The notes below the pieces were generated by a model. The model was given only the letters and a program-made list of their open reading frames with translations. It was not told the DNA's origin and ran no database searches. This document shows, piece by piece, positions 43,401 to 52,751 of a stretch of 64,000 bases of DNA. Location: contig JADJRA010000001.1 in the NCBI GenBank assembly GCA_016712475.1, positions 1,413,414 through 1,477,413 of the forward strand, read 5' to 3'. The stretch comes from Deltaproteobacteria bacterium (lineage in GTDB: Bacteria > Myxococcota_A > Polyangia > Nannocystales > Nannocystaceae). Position 1 is the first letter of the stretch. Every line of letters starts with the position of its first letter. Position numbers and translations under genes: made by a program.

Positions 43401-45305
43401 CTAGGAGGCGTCCGGCGACGTGCCGCCGACCCGACCGACGCGACGGGCCAGGGCCCACGCGAGCACGCCGTTGCCGAGCAGCCACGCGCGGTCGACCCAC
43501 GCGCCACCGGGGAGTGCCGTCACCAGGGTCGGCAGCACGAAGGCGCCGTGCAGCAGCATCGCGGCGGTGCCGAGGCCGAGCCCCACGAGCGCCGGTCGCA
43601 GCGCGCGGACCTTGAGCAACGCGACGCTCGCGGCGAGCGGCAGCGCGGCCGAGAACCACAGCGGCGAGCCAAAGCCGAGCCAACCATCACCGCCGCCGGC
43701 GAGCGACGCGGCCTGGTACGCCATCGGCGTGGTGCCCAGCGCACCGCTCGTCCATGCCACCGCACCGGCGAAGCCGGCCGCGCCGAGCCAACGCGCGCGG
43801 CCACGCAGCTGCGCGAGGCCGAGCCCACCGATCGCGGCGATGAAGAGCAGCCCGGTGAAGCCGGCGCGCTCGGGCGCGTAGTCCCGCTGCGCCGACACGG
43901 CCGCTTGCGCATCGACGATGCCGGCGCCGAATCGATCGTCCCACTTCACCTTCTTCGGGTGTACCGCGGTCGCCTTCATCACGCGCTCGACCTCGTCGGG
44001 ATTGGTGACGCCGCTCGAGACGATGAGCGCCGCGACGCCAGCGGCGTGCGGCGAGGCCATCGAGGTGCCCTGGAACCACAGATAGTCGTTCTCCATCGGG
44101 CGACCGATGCGGATCGTGTTCTGCAGGACGCCGTCGGGCTGACCGTCGCCGTTCTTGTCGGCGCGCGTGTCACCGCCGGGCGCGGCCACGTCGATGTCGC
44201 TGCCCCAGTTGCTGTAGTGGGTCAGCTCGCGGCCGTAGTCGGTCGCCGAGACGGCGATCGAGAACTTGTTGGCGGCGGGGTAGCCCACGCGAGAGCGGCG
44301 CTCGTTGCCCGCCGCGCACACCGTGACGACGCCCTTCTTGTGCGCGTACTCGATGGCCTTGGCCAGCACGCGCGAGGGTAGCGGGCCGCCGAGGCTCATG
44401 TTGATCACGTGGGCGCCGTGATCGGCGGCGTAGCGGATCGCGTTGGCAATGCCCGGCACCGCACCGCGGCCGTCCTTCGACAGCACCTTGAGCGGCATGA
44501 TCTTCGCGCCGAAGGCCACACCGGTGACGCCGATGCCGTTGTTGGTGCTCTGCGCGATGGTGCCGGCGACGTGGCTGCCGTGGGCGTGATCATCGAGGCC
44601 CTTGGGCAGGCCATCGATGAAGCTCTCGCCCTCGACGAAGCCGGTGTTGTTCAGATCCGGCAGGCCGCGCACGCCGTCGGCGTCCTTGTACGCGACGCCG
44701 GTGTCGATGACCGCGACCACCGTGCCCTCGCCGCGGGTCGTCGTCCACGCCTCGGGCGCGTGGATCTGTTCCATGTGCCACTGCAGCTTGAACATCGGGT
44801 CGTCGACCGGCAGTCGCGTGCCCTTGTTCGCCTCGAGCTCGTCGTCGACCGCGGGCGCGGCGTCGATGTCGTCGAGGCCGTACATGATCTCGGGCTCGAA
44901 GCCCTCGACGATGCCGTCGGCCAGCGCCTCGGCAAGATCGGGGCGCGTGGCGCCCTCGGCCTCGAGCACGAAGAGGTGCTCGCCCTCGCTGTAGAAGCCG
45001 GCCGACTGCACGCGCACGTCGGGGCGCGCGTCGAGGGCCGCGACCCACGCGGCGATCTCGTCTTCGGAGGCACCCTCGCCCTCCTGCGGGTCCACGAGGT
45101 CGAGCACGAGGCGCCCGGTGGTGGCCTCGGAGCCCACGCCGAGCTCGGCCGCGAGCGCCGTCACGGACTCGGGCGTGATGTCCTCGGCGGCAAGCCCCGC
45201 ATCGCTGCGATCGTGGCTGACGAACAACACGCCGCCGAGCGCGGCGAGGGACATGCCCGCGACGACGGCGCGTGCGCGGCGGTGCAGAGTCGGGAGCTTG
45301 GACAT
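43401..45305 (-). CDS. Subtilisin-like serine protease (S8) with a C-terminal polytopic membrane domain
   Basis: ATG at 45305 (MSKLPTLHRRARAVVAGMSLAALGGVLFV); catalytic motifs VAVIDTGV (Asp), HGSHVAGTIA (His), GTSMASPHAAGVAALI (Ser); last about 150 aa form 4-5 hydrophobic helices. Confidence 0.75.
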   Translation of the reverse strand: MSKLPTLHRRARAVVAGMSLAALGGVLFVSHDRSDAGLAAEDITPESVTALAAELGVGSEATTGRLVLDLVDPQEGEGASEDEIAAWVAALDARPDVRVQSAGFYSEGEHLFVLEAEGATRPDLAEALADGIVEGFEPEIMYGLDDIDAAPAVDDELEANKGTRLPVDDPMFKLQWHMEQIHAPEAWTTTRGEGTVVAVIDTGVAYKDADGVRGLPDLNNTGFVEGESFIDGLPKGLDDHAHGSHVAGTIAQSTNNGIGVTGVAFGAKIMPLKVLSKDGRGAVPGIANAIRYAADHGAHVINMSLGGPLPSRVLAKAIEYAHKKGVVTVCAAGNERRSRVGYPAANKFSIAVSATDYGRELTHYSNWGSDIDVAAPGGDTRADKNGDGQPDGVLQNTIRIGRPMENDYLWFQGTSMASPHAAGVAALIVSSGVTNPDEVERVMKATAVHPKKVKWDDRFGAGIVDAQAAVSAQRDYAPERAGFTGLLFIAAIGGLGLAQLRGRARWLGAAGFAGAVAWTSGALGTTPMAYQAASLAGGGDGWLGFGSPLWFSAALPLAASVALLKVRALRPALVGLGLGTAAMLLHGAFVLPTLVTALPGGAWVDRAWLLGNGVLAWALARRVGRVGGTSPDAS

Positions 45306-45549
45306 CGGTGTTCCCCTGCGAAGCCCCGGCGCGTGCGACAGGGGCGGTCTTGGCGGTCGCGGTGCAGAGTGCGCCGCGATCGCATCCGAGAATAGCAGGC
45401 GCACGGGTGCGAAGCTGCCAGGGCGCAGGCGTACAGCATCGCGGGGTGCCGCGGTGGGCCGCTGCGGGCGCGATCGGCGGCCCTACGACGACGATCCCGA
45501 GACGAGCGCGCAGATCCCCGCTTCGCGAAGGACTCGCCGCGACGGCACC

Positions 45550-46326
45550 ATGCATCGACGTCGATTCGTGATGGGTGTGCATGGGCCGAGCCGGTGCGAA
45601 ACTGCGACGCGCACGTCGTCGTCGCGCCATCGCGCCGCGCGATGCTCCCGTCGCGTGTCTTCGACTGTGCCAGCGTCCCTCGTCGTCCTCGCAGGTCTTG
45701 CGGGCCTCGTCGTCGTGGCGAGCGCGTGCGAGGTGGTCGGCTCGATCGGCGGCGTCGACGACCTCGCCGCTGGCGGCAGCGACTCGGCCACCTCGACGGG
45801 TGGCACCGAGAAGCGACCCGACGGGCCGGAGCGCCCCCGCGACACCGACGACGACCTCGCGACCTCGAGCGCGGGCGCCGGCATGCCGACCGACGCATCG
45901 AGCAGCTCGGACGGGGCCGACACGCCGTACAAGCTCGACGTCGGCACTGGCAACGGTACCGGCAACGACACCGATACGGATACCGTCGGCACCTTGGACG
46001 CGGTGTGCTGCAGCGCCAGCATCGAGCCCGGCTGCGCGCAGGACTCCGAGCTCGAGGCCTGCGTCTGCGGCTTCGATGCCTACTGCTGCGAGACCGCCTG
46101 GGACGACACCTGCGTGGGCATCGCAACGTGGGGCGAGTGTGGCGGCGGCTGCAGCGGCCCCGAGATCCCGCCGACCGACTGCTGTCTCGCCTCCGAGCGC
46201 GCCGGCTGCATCGACGCCCAGGTATCGGCCTGCGTCTGCGACCACGACCCCTACTGCTGCGACGTCGCCTGGGACGACGTCTGCGTCGGCGACGTCGCGC
46301 TGCACGAGTGCGGCCTCTGCCCGTGA
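45550..46326 (+). CDS. Secreted Cys-rich protein with an internal tandem duplication of a 6-Cys module (CVCxxDxYCCxxAWDDxCVG)
   Basis: ATG at 45550 or 45571; signal ...VPASLVVLAGLAGLVVVASAC; T/S/D-rich linker; repeat CVCGFDAYCCETAWDDTCVGIATWGECGG then CVCDHDPYCCDVAWDDVCVGDVALHECG. Confidence 0.5.
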   Translation: MHRRRFVMGVHGPSRCETATRTSSSRHRAARCSRRVSSTVPASLVVLAGLAGLVVVASACEVVGSIGGVDDLAAGGSDSATSTGGTEKRPDGPERPRDTDDDLATSSAGAGMPTDASSSSDGADTPYKLDVGTGNGTGNDTDTDTVGTLDAVCCSASIEPGCAQDSELEACVCGFDAYCCETAWDDTCVGIATWGECGGGCSGPEIPPTDCCLASERAGCIDAQVSACVCDHDPYCCDVAWDDVCVGDVALHECGLCP

Positions 46327-46393
46327 CGCGTCGCCCCCGCGCGCCCGCGCGGTTGCTGCCGTCGCGGGTCGCTGATAGGCTCCCGCCCACAAC

Positions 46394-46467
46394 GCGCTCG
46401 TAGCTCAGCTGGATAGAGCATCAGGCTTCGAACCTGAGGGCCGGGAGTTCGAATCTCTCCGGGCGCA
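46394..46467 (+). tRNA. tRNA-Arg (anticodon UCG)
   Basis: Cloverleaf read directly: acceptor gcgctcg/cgggcgc (one G-U), D-arm gctc-agctggata-gagc, anticodon stem tcagg/cctga with loop cTTCGAa (U33, anticodon TCG, A37), T-arm gggag-ttcgaat-ctctc, discriminator A; no encoded CCA; coordinates within 1-2 nt. Confidence 0.8.
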
Positions 46468-46539
46468 CTGGGTGGGCGACGCAGCTTCGTAGCCCCGGTC
46501 GTGACGTCGTACGGGAGCGTCGAGCGGGACGCGGGGCGG

Positions 46540-48111
46540 ATGGCTTCCGTCCTGATGCGGTGCGGCGACGACACGACACACCGCGCGGCGGTCCGTGCGA
46601 ACCTGGCGTGCGTGCGCCCTGCTCTGCCGCTGTTCGCGTGCGTCGTCGCCCTCGCTTGCGGTCGCGTAGCGCCGGACGCGAGCCCGTCGCCGGGCGCGTC
46701 CGGCGACCCGGTGACGCCACCGACCGATGCATCGCCCACGCCCGCGACGCCCGTCGACGCGGCGAGCACCGCGGCGGCGCCCCCCGCTGCACCGCACGCG
46801 GACGCGCCGCGGTTGGAGGTGACGCCCGCCGACGCGCCTGCGGGCGAGGTCGCGGCGAGCGCAGCGATCGCGGGCGCGTTGCGTTCGCCGCTGCCACCCG
46901 GTCCGATCGCTGCGTTCGCGATCGTGGGGCCCGATCAGACAATCGTCGCGCCCATCGATCCTGCGATCGCGCCGCTGCGCGTCGCCGGCATCTGGGTGCT
47001 CGACGACGCGACGGCAACTCCGAAGGTGTCGTTCCACGCGGGCGTCGGCGCGGCGATCCCAACCTGCGCCTGCGATCGCAATGACGCGTGTGGCGAAGAG
47101 GTGAGCGATGCCGTGGGCGAGGGCCCGATCTGCAGCTGCCGCGCGCCGGGCCCGGTCGACGACGGCGTCGACGAGGGTGGCGAGTGCGAGTTCATGGACC
47201 CTCGTCCGGCAGCGCTGGTCGGCGGCGTGCTGTACATGCAGGTCGACACGCACAACACGTGCGAAGGCATGAACCTCTACGGCGAAGACTGGTACCCGCT
47301 GACGATGGTCGCGTCACCGACCAAGCACAGCGGCAAGGGGCTGAAGCCGCGCGGCTGCGACCCCGGCGTCGCGACCGGCGTGGACGTGCTCGCGCCACGA
47401 CCCGATCCACCGCCCTGCGGCCCGCGGGAGACCGATGGCGGCTGCGACGTCTGCGACGCGATGAGCCCCAATCTCGAGGTCTTCGCGATCCAGCGCGGCG
47501 AGCTCGTGCACCTCGAGGAAGACGCGGACACCGTCGGTGGCGGCGTGCGGCGCTGGTCGTCGCGCGCGCTCACACCGAAGACTTGCCCGAGCACCGCGGA
47601 CACCTGCGGCAGCACCACGGCGTTTCCGCAGGTCGAGCGCGCCGACGGCTGGTGGGTCGCGAACGACGGCGCCCATGCACTCACGCAGCAGCGCGACGGT
47701 GCGCTCGCCATCGTCAGCGCCAGCGGCACCATACCCGTGGGCAAACACGACGATGACATCCTGGGCGTGCGCTACCACGCCGATGCGCGAGCGCTCATCA
47801 CCACCATGGCCACGCGAGCACCCAGCGGCACGACCACGTGCGAGGTGGGTGATGCCCCGGTCTCGTGGGGCACGCAGTGCGTCGAGCACATGCGTGCGGG
47901 TCGGCTCGAGGACGCGCGTGCGGCCTGCGAGCACGGGCTCGACGAGACCACGAAGCCCGCCGCGCGTGGGGCCCTGCTGTACAACCTCGGCGTGATCGCG
48001 CAGCGCTCCGGTGACACCGCAGCCGCGCGCAAACACTTCGAGGCCTCGCTCGCCGCCCGCCCCGGCAACGCCGCCGTACGCAAGGCCCTCGCCGCGCTCG
48101 GCCCCGGCTGA
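46540..48111 (+). CDS. Hypothetical secreted lipoprotein with a Pro/Ala-rich linker, a Cys-containing domain and a C-terminal TPR-like helix pair
   Basis: Signal ...VRPALPLFACVVALACG; non-biased central domain with several conserved-looking Cys pairs; C-terminal ...ALLYNLGVIAQRSGDTAAARKHFEASLAARPGNAAVRKALAAL. Start uncertain (the ORF opens at a GTG at 46501; ATG at 46540). Confidence 0.5.
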   Translation: MASVLMRCGDDTTHRAAVRANLACVRPALPLFACVVALACGRVAPDASPSPGASGDPVTPPTDASPTPATPVDAASTAAAPPAAPHADAPRLEVTPADAPAGEVAASAAIAGALRSPLPPGPIAAFAIVGPDQTIVAPIDPAIAPLRVAGIWVLDDATATPKVSFHAGVGAAIPTCACDRNDACGEEVSDAVGEGPICSCRAPGPVDDGVDEGGECEFMDPRPAALVGGVLYMQVDTHNTCEGMNLYGEDWYPLTMVASPTKHSGKGLKPRGCDPGVATGVDVLAPRPDPPPCGPRETDGGCDVCDAMSPNLEVFAIQRGELVHLEEDADTVGGGVRRWSSRALTPKTCPSTADTCGSTTAFPQVERADGWWVANDGAHALTQQRDGALAIVSASGTIPVGKHDDDILGVRYHADARALITTMATRAPSGTTTCEVGDAPVSWGTQCVEHMRAGRLEDARAACEHGLDETTKPAARGALLYNLGVIAQRSGDTAAARKHFEASLAARPGNAAVRKALAALGPG

Positions 48112-48644
48112 GCGCGACGGGTCCGCCGCCTGAAGCACCCCCTCGAGCTCGGCGACCGCGAGCCGGCACGTGGCGCCCGAGGTCCGGCAAGGGCTCGCGG
48201 CGTTCACCGGGACGAGCCCGGCTCCGATGGTGAACGAACGCGGCGCGCCCGATCGCGCTCGCGCCCGTCGACGACCGCGAGCCCTGCGGACGCGTGATGC
48301 AGCGAGCATGCGGCGACGTGCAGCGCGGTCGCGGCCGATGCCACGCGATCGCACGAGCTCGCCAGGGCCTCGCTCGCGAGGCGCAGCCGCGGTGTCGCTC
48401 CGCTCCCTGCATCGCCGTCCTGCGATCCACCCACGCGCACGTGGGCCCGCTGGTCGGCCCGGGTGCGGGCCCACTTGCAGGCCGGCCCCGACGCGCAGCC
48501 ACGACGCGGACAGCCCCTCCCCGCGGGTGGAGGACGGGCGCCCACGCAGGCGCCCGAATTCGCCGGCCTCGCAGATTGCTCGATCCGATCGGCGCCGGCG
48601 CGACACAGGCAGCTCGAAGAGGCCGCGACGTCCGCGGGAGACCC

Positions 48645-51600
48645 ATGCCACGACTGCTCGAGCGCCTGCGATTGACGCCTGTCCGAAGCGACTCCTACCC
48701 TGGAAAGGTGGCGGGGTCGGTCGAGCAGGCGGACACGGTCGACGCCGCCGCGATCGAACGCGCACCCGCCCAGCCCGCAACGCCCGGCGACGATCTCGGG
48801 CTGGCCCCCGACACGATCTCGGTCGAGCGGGTGCGCGCCGCCGTTCACCGACGGGTGTTCGGCGAGGTGGTGGAGCCGGTGCGGATCGGTCGCTACACCG
48901 TGCTGAAGCGACTCGGCGCCGGTGGCATGGGCGTGGTCTATGCCGCCTACGACACCGCGCTCGACCGCAAGGTCGCGCTCAAGCTCCTGAACGCCGACAC
49001 GCTCGACCCCGCGCGCGAGGCCTCGCGCCGTGCACGGCTGGTCCGCGAGGCCAAGGCGCTCGCGCGCCTGTCCCATCCCAGCATCGTGCAGGTGTTCGAG
49101 GTCGGCACCCACGAGGAGCAGCTCTTCATCGCGATGGAGTTCGTCGACGGCGTCACGCTGGGCACGTGGGTGCGTGAACGCAGCCGTGGCTGGCGCGCGA
49201 TCACGGCGATGTACGTCGCGGCCGGCCGCGGCCTCGCAGCTGCCCACGCGGCGGGCCTCGTGCACCGCGACGTCAAGCCCGACAACATGCTGGTGGGACA
49301 CGACGGTCGCGTCCGCGTGCTCGACTTCGGCCTCGCGGGCGACATGGCATCGTCGTCGGATGGCGACGTCGAGGATGGGAGTGCCCCGCAGCCGGCGCTC
49401 GGCCCCGCAGCGCCGCTCACCAGGACCGGCATGGTGCTCGGCACGCCGGCGTACATGGCTCCGGAGCAGCACCTGGCGCGACGCGCCGACGCCCAGAGCG
49501 ATCAGTTCGGCTTCTGCGTCGCGCTGTGGGAGGGGCTGTTCGGCGAGCGGCCGTTCGTGGGCGAGAGCCTCGCGGAGCTCTCGGCCGCGGTGATCCAATC
49601 GCGACTGCACGAGCCCAGCCACGGCGCGCAGGTGCCCCGTGCACTGCGACGTTGTCTGCTGCGCGGGCTCGCGCGAGAGCCCGCACAGCGCCACGCGTCG
49701 ATGGACGCGCTGCTCGGGCAGCTCGAGAGCATCCTGCGCTCGAACGCCCGTCGCGTCGCGGCCGCCGGCGCGGTCGTGAGCGGGCTGCTGCTGCTGGGCG
49801 GCGTGGGGATGTTCATGCAGCGCGAGCAGACCCACGACGCCCGCGCGGAGGCGTTGAGCAGCGAGGTCGTGGATCAGCGCTCCCGCGCCGACGAGGCCGA
49901 GCTGGCGCTGCGCGCCCGCGAAGAAGCGGTCATCGTCGCCGAGTCGCGGCTGTTGTTGCCCACCGATCCGACACGTGCGTTGGCCTCGCTGCGCCGACTG
50001 CCCGAGGCCGCGGCCGCGTGGTCGGCCCCCAGCGCTCGCATGCTCGCCGCAGAGGCGATCGAGGCCGGTGTCGCCGTGCGGATCGCCGAGCTGCCCCCGA
50101 CCACGAGCGCGCGCGTGCTGTCACCCGGCGGCCGCTGGGCCTGGCACACGCAGGACGAAGGCGGCGCGTACGTGCTCATCGAGCTCGCGAGCGGCCGCCG
50201 CGTCGTGCTCGACGCGGGACCTCCCGACGTGTTCCCCGAGCTGACCTTCTCGCGTGACGAGACCCAAGTCGTGACCGCGCAGGCGGGCGCAATCCGGCTG
50301 TGGGACCTCGCGCGCGGCGACGCCCGCGAGCTCGGCAAGCTGGCGGGATTCGCGGGCGCGCGCCGCTTCGCCGACGATGGCTCGCGCGTGACGGTCATCG
50401 AACACGGTGATACGACCGTCGCGATCGTGACGCCGCTGGCGGATGACGTCGCGCCGCTTCGTCGCACGCTATCCGAGGTCGAGTGGGCACCGGTGATCAA
50501 CCGCGACGGCACCAAGGTGGTCGGGGGCAACGGCATCGATCGACTGTGGGTGCACGATCTCGTTGGCGATCGCCGACGAACCCTCGCAGGTGCGGTGCGC
50601 TCGGGGCCGCAGCTGTCGCCGGACGGCCGCTGGACCGCAGCGCTCGCGGCGGACGGTCTGGCCGTGTGGCACGACGGCGCCACGACGCCGACGCTGCTCC
50701 CGATTCCCGCGGGACTGCGGGGCGACACAATCGCGTTCGATCCCGCTGGCACCACCGTCGCGCTCGCGAGCGCTGCGGGTCCGATCGTCGCGTGGGATCT
50801 CGCGAGCCGACGCTCGCGGACCATGAACACCGGCGCACGCGCGCAGCGACTGTGGGTCATGGTTGACGGCCGCGTGGTTGGCCTGCGCGAAGACGGCAGC
50901 AGCACGCTGTTCGATCGCACCGGCCACGATCAGCGAACGCTTCGCAGTGAGCCCGGCATCACCGACCTCGCGATCGTCCCCGATCTCGACGGCGCCCCGG
51001 CGATCGTGACGGTCGGTGAGGGCACCGAGGCGCGCTGGTGGCGATGGCCCGACGGCGCCGTGCTCGAGCGCGGCGCCGGCCCTGCCGGTGACGTGGCAAT
51101 CGACGCGGACACGACGACACTGCTGTCGAGCGGTGACGACGGTGCGGTGCGTCGCACCGACACCCATGGCAGCGTCGTGATCGTGCAGGGGAGCGCCGGC
51201 GTCGCGCCTTCGCTGGCACTGTCGCGCGACGCAGCGCGGCTGGCCGTCGGCAGCGGTGACGCAATCACCATCCGCGGCCCCGACGGTGTCGAGATCGCAC
51301 GGCTGGGCGACCTGCACGGTACCGACGAGCTCCGCTTCCTCGCCGACGACCAGACCGTGGCATGGCGCGGCGTCGACGGTGTGCAGCGGTGGCGGCCGGG
51401 TGGCGACGCGGTGATGTTGCGCGCGGGCTCGTGGCATGCGAGTGCGGTCAGCCCCGACGGGCGCAGCGTGGTCACACTCGGGAGCGAGCTGGCGCGCTTC
51501 GACGAGGGCGCCCAGGCACCGAGTTGGCGCGTCGACGTCGAGCCTGCCTGGCGCCACGTCATCGTCGACCGCAGCGGCGAGCGCGTGCTGGCAGCCGGGG

Positions 51601-51965
51601 TCTCACCGACGATGACGATCTTCGACGCCGTCACCGGCGAGTCGCGGACCATCACCACCGCAGTCGTGGGCCTCGAGGACGTCGCGTTCGGTGCCGACAC
51701 CGACACGTTGTTCGCGGTCGGCCAGCAGGCCTATGTCATCGACGCCCGCGATGGCACCACGCTCGCGTACGCGATTCCCACCGGCACGACCACGCTGGGC
51801 GATCGGAGCGTGGCCGTCGGCGCCGATGGTCGTCACTTCGCCTACGCCGGCGCCGACGGGCTGCTGTGGCGGCGCCACTTCGACGCACCGGTGCCGGCCG
51901 CGGCGTTACAGGCGTGGGTCGCCGGCGCCGTCGCGCGCACCGATGCCCCCGAGGGCGCGCGATGA
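48645..51965 (+). CDS. Ser/Thr protein kinase with a single TM segment and a large beta-propeller/WD40-like C-terminal sensor region
   Basis: ATG at 48645; Hanks motifs LGAGGMGVVYAAYD, ALKLL, HRDVKPDNML, DFGLA, GTPAYMAPEQ; hydrophobic segment VAAAGAVVSGLLLLGGVGMF; about 650 aa of repetitive beta-strand-like sequence; the stop overlaps the ECF sigma start. Confidence 0.75.
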   Translation: MPRLLERLRLTPVRSDSYPGKVAGSVEQADTVDAAAIERAPAQPATPGDDLGLAPDTISVERVRAAVHRRVFGEVVEPVRIGRYTVLKRLGAGGMGVVYAAYDTALDRKVALKLLNADTLDPAREASRRARLVREAKALARLSHPSIVQVFEVGTHEEQLFIAMEFVDGVTLGTWVRERSRGWRAITAMYVAAGRGLAAAHAAGLVHRDVKPDNMLVGHDGRVRVLDFGLAGDMASSSDGDVEDGSAPQPALGPAAPLTRTGMVLGTPAYMAPEQHLARRADAQSDQFGFCVALWEGLFGERPFVGESLAELSAAVIQSRLHEPSHGAQVPRALRRCLLRGLAREPAQRHASMDALLGQLESILRSNARRVAAAGAVVSGLLLLGGVGMFMQREQTHDARAEALSSEVVDQRSRADEAELALRAREEAVIVAESRLLLPTDPTRALASLRRLPEAAAAWSAPSARMLAAEAIEAGVAVRIAELPPTTSARVLSPGGRWAWHTQDEGGAYVLIELASGRRVVLDAGPPDVFPELTFSRDETQVVTAQAGAIRLWDLARGDARELGKLAGFAGARRFADDGSRVTVIEHGDTTVAIVTPLADDVAPLRRTLSEVEWAPVINRDGTKVVGGNGIDRLWVHDLVGDRRRTLAGAVRSGPQLSPDGRWTAALAADGLAVWHDGATTPTLLPIPAGLRGDTIAFDPAGTTVALASAAGPIVAWDLASRRSRTMNTGARAQRLWVMVDGRVVGLREDGSSTLFDRTGHDQRTLRSEPGITDLAIVPDLDGAPAIVTVGEGTEARWWRWPDGAVLERGAGPAGDVAIDADTTTLLSSGDDGAVRRTDTHGSVVIVQGSAGVAPSLALSRDAARLAVGSGDAITIRGPDGVEIARLGDLHGTDELRFLADDQTVAWRGVDGVQRWRPGGDAVMLRAGSWHASAVSPDGRSVVTLGSELARFDEGAQAPSWRVDVEPAWRHVIVDRSGERVLAAGVSPTMTIFDAVTGESRTITTAVVGLEDVAFGADTDTLFAVGQQAYVIDARDGTTLAYAIPTGTTTLGDRSVAVGADGRHFAYAGADGLLWRRHFDAPVPAAALQAWVAGAVARTDAPEGAR

Positions 51966-52588
51966 GCAGCGACGAAGAGCTCTACGCGGCCTGGACCGCC
52001 GGTGATCGGGCCGCCGGCGGCCGACTCGTCGATCGACACCTGCGCTCGATCGCTCGCTTCTTCGCCAACAAGATCTGGGACGGCGACGACGCCGAGGAGC
52101 TGGTCGGCACCACCTTCGAGCTGTGTGCCCGCACCCTGGGCAGCTTCCGCGGCGAGAGCAGCTTTCGAACCTTCCTGTTCGGCCTCGCCCACAACGTGTT
52201 GCGCAACCACATCCGCAGGCGCCGGCCCGAGATCGGCGAGATCGATCTCGAGAGCAGTGCGGTGCGTGACCTCGGGCCATCCCCGCGCACCGCCGCGGCG
52301 CGCCGACGCGAGCAGGCCTTGCTACTGCAGGCGCTGCGCGCGATCCCCCTCGAGCATCAGATCGTGCTCGAGCTGGTCTACTTCGAGGGCCTCTCGCGCA
52401 CCGAGATCGCCGCCGCGCTCGAGCTGCCGGCGGGCACGGTCGCCAGTCGGCTGCGCCGCGCCGATGAGCTCTTGCGGCAGCAGCTGCGACGCCAGGCCCA
52501 CGACGCCGCCCACTTCCACGCGACCCACGACGGGCTGGCGCAGTGGGCCGAGCAGCTCCGCGAGCAGCTCGGCCGCGCCGACGGCTGA
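51962..52588 (+). CDS. ECF-family RNA polymerase sigma factor (sigma-70 regions 2 and 4)
   Basis: ATG at 51962 overlaps the kinase stop (ATGA); region 2 ...RLVDRHLRSIARFFANKI...TTFELCARTLGSFRGESSFRTFLFGLAHNVLRNHIRRR; region 4 ...LELVYFEGLSRTEIAAALELPAGTVASRLRRA. Confidence 0.8.
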   Translation: MSSDEELYAAWTAGDRAAGGRLVDRHLRSIARFFANKIWDGDDAEELVGTTFELCARTLGSFRGESSFRTFLFGLAHNVLRNHIRRRRPEIGEIDLESSAVRDLGPSPRTAAARRREQALLLQALRAIPLEHQIVLELVYFEGLSRTEIAAALELPAGTVASRLRRADELLRQQLRRQAHDAAHFHATHDGLAQWAEQLREQLGRADG

Positions 52589-52751
52589 GCAGGGTTTGCC
52601 GGCCGGGCTGCGAGCGGCGCCCGCATGCGCGACGTCGCGCGACGCCGCTGCGGTGGACTCCGCGTCGGGCCGACCAACCTGCGCAACCGCACGCGGCATC
52701 GCGGGAACCTTTGGCGCGCAGCGAACCACGCCGGCGCGGGGGAACTCGCGG

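Noticed and set aside
43046-46392. ORFs 43046..43615 (+), 43548..44381 (+), 44409..45395 (+), 44590..46392 (-), 45161..46390 (-), 45575..46403 (+)
   Set aside because: Antisense or alternative frames of the membrane subtilase and the Cys-rich repeat protein; extreme Arg content
46405-48780. ORFs 46405..47253 (-), 46421..47062 (-), 47314..48780 (-), 47798..48646 (-)
   Set aside because: Overlap the tRNA and the lipoprotein gene in antisense; Arg-rich
48170-51965. ORFs 48204..49835 (-), 48170..49177 (+), 49874..50920 (-), 50469..51557 (-), 50930..51706 (-), and the 5' extension of the kinase ORF from 48294
   Set aside because: Antisense or alternative frames of the Ser/Thr kinase; the kinase domain begins after the ATG at 48645
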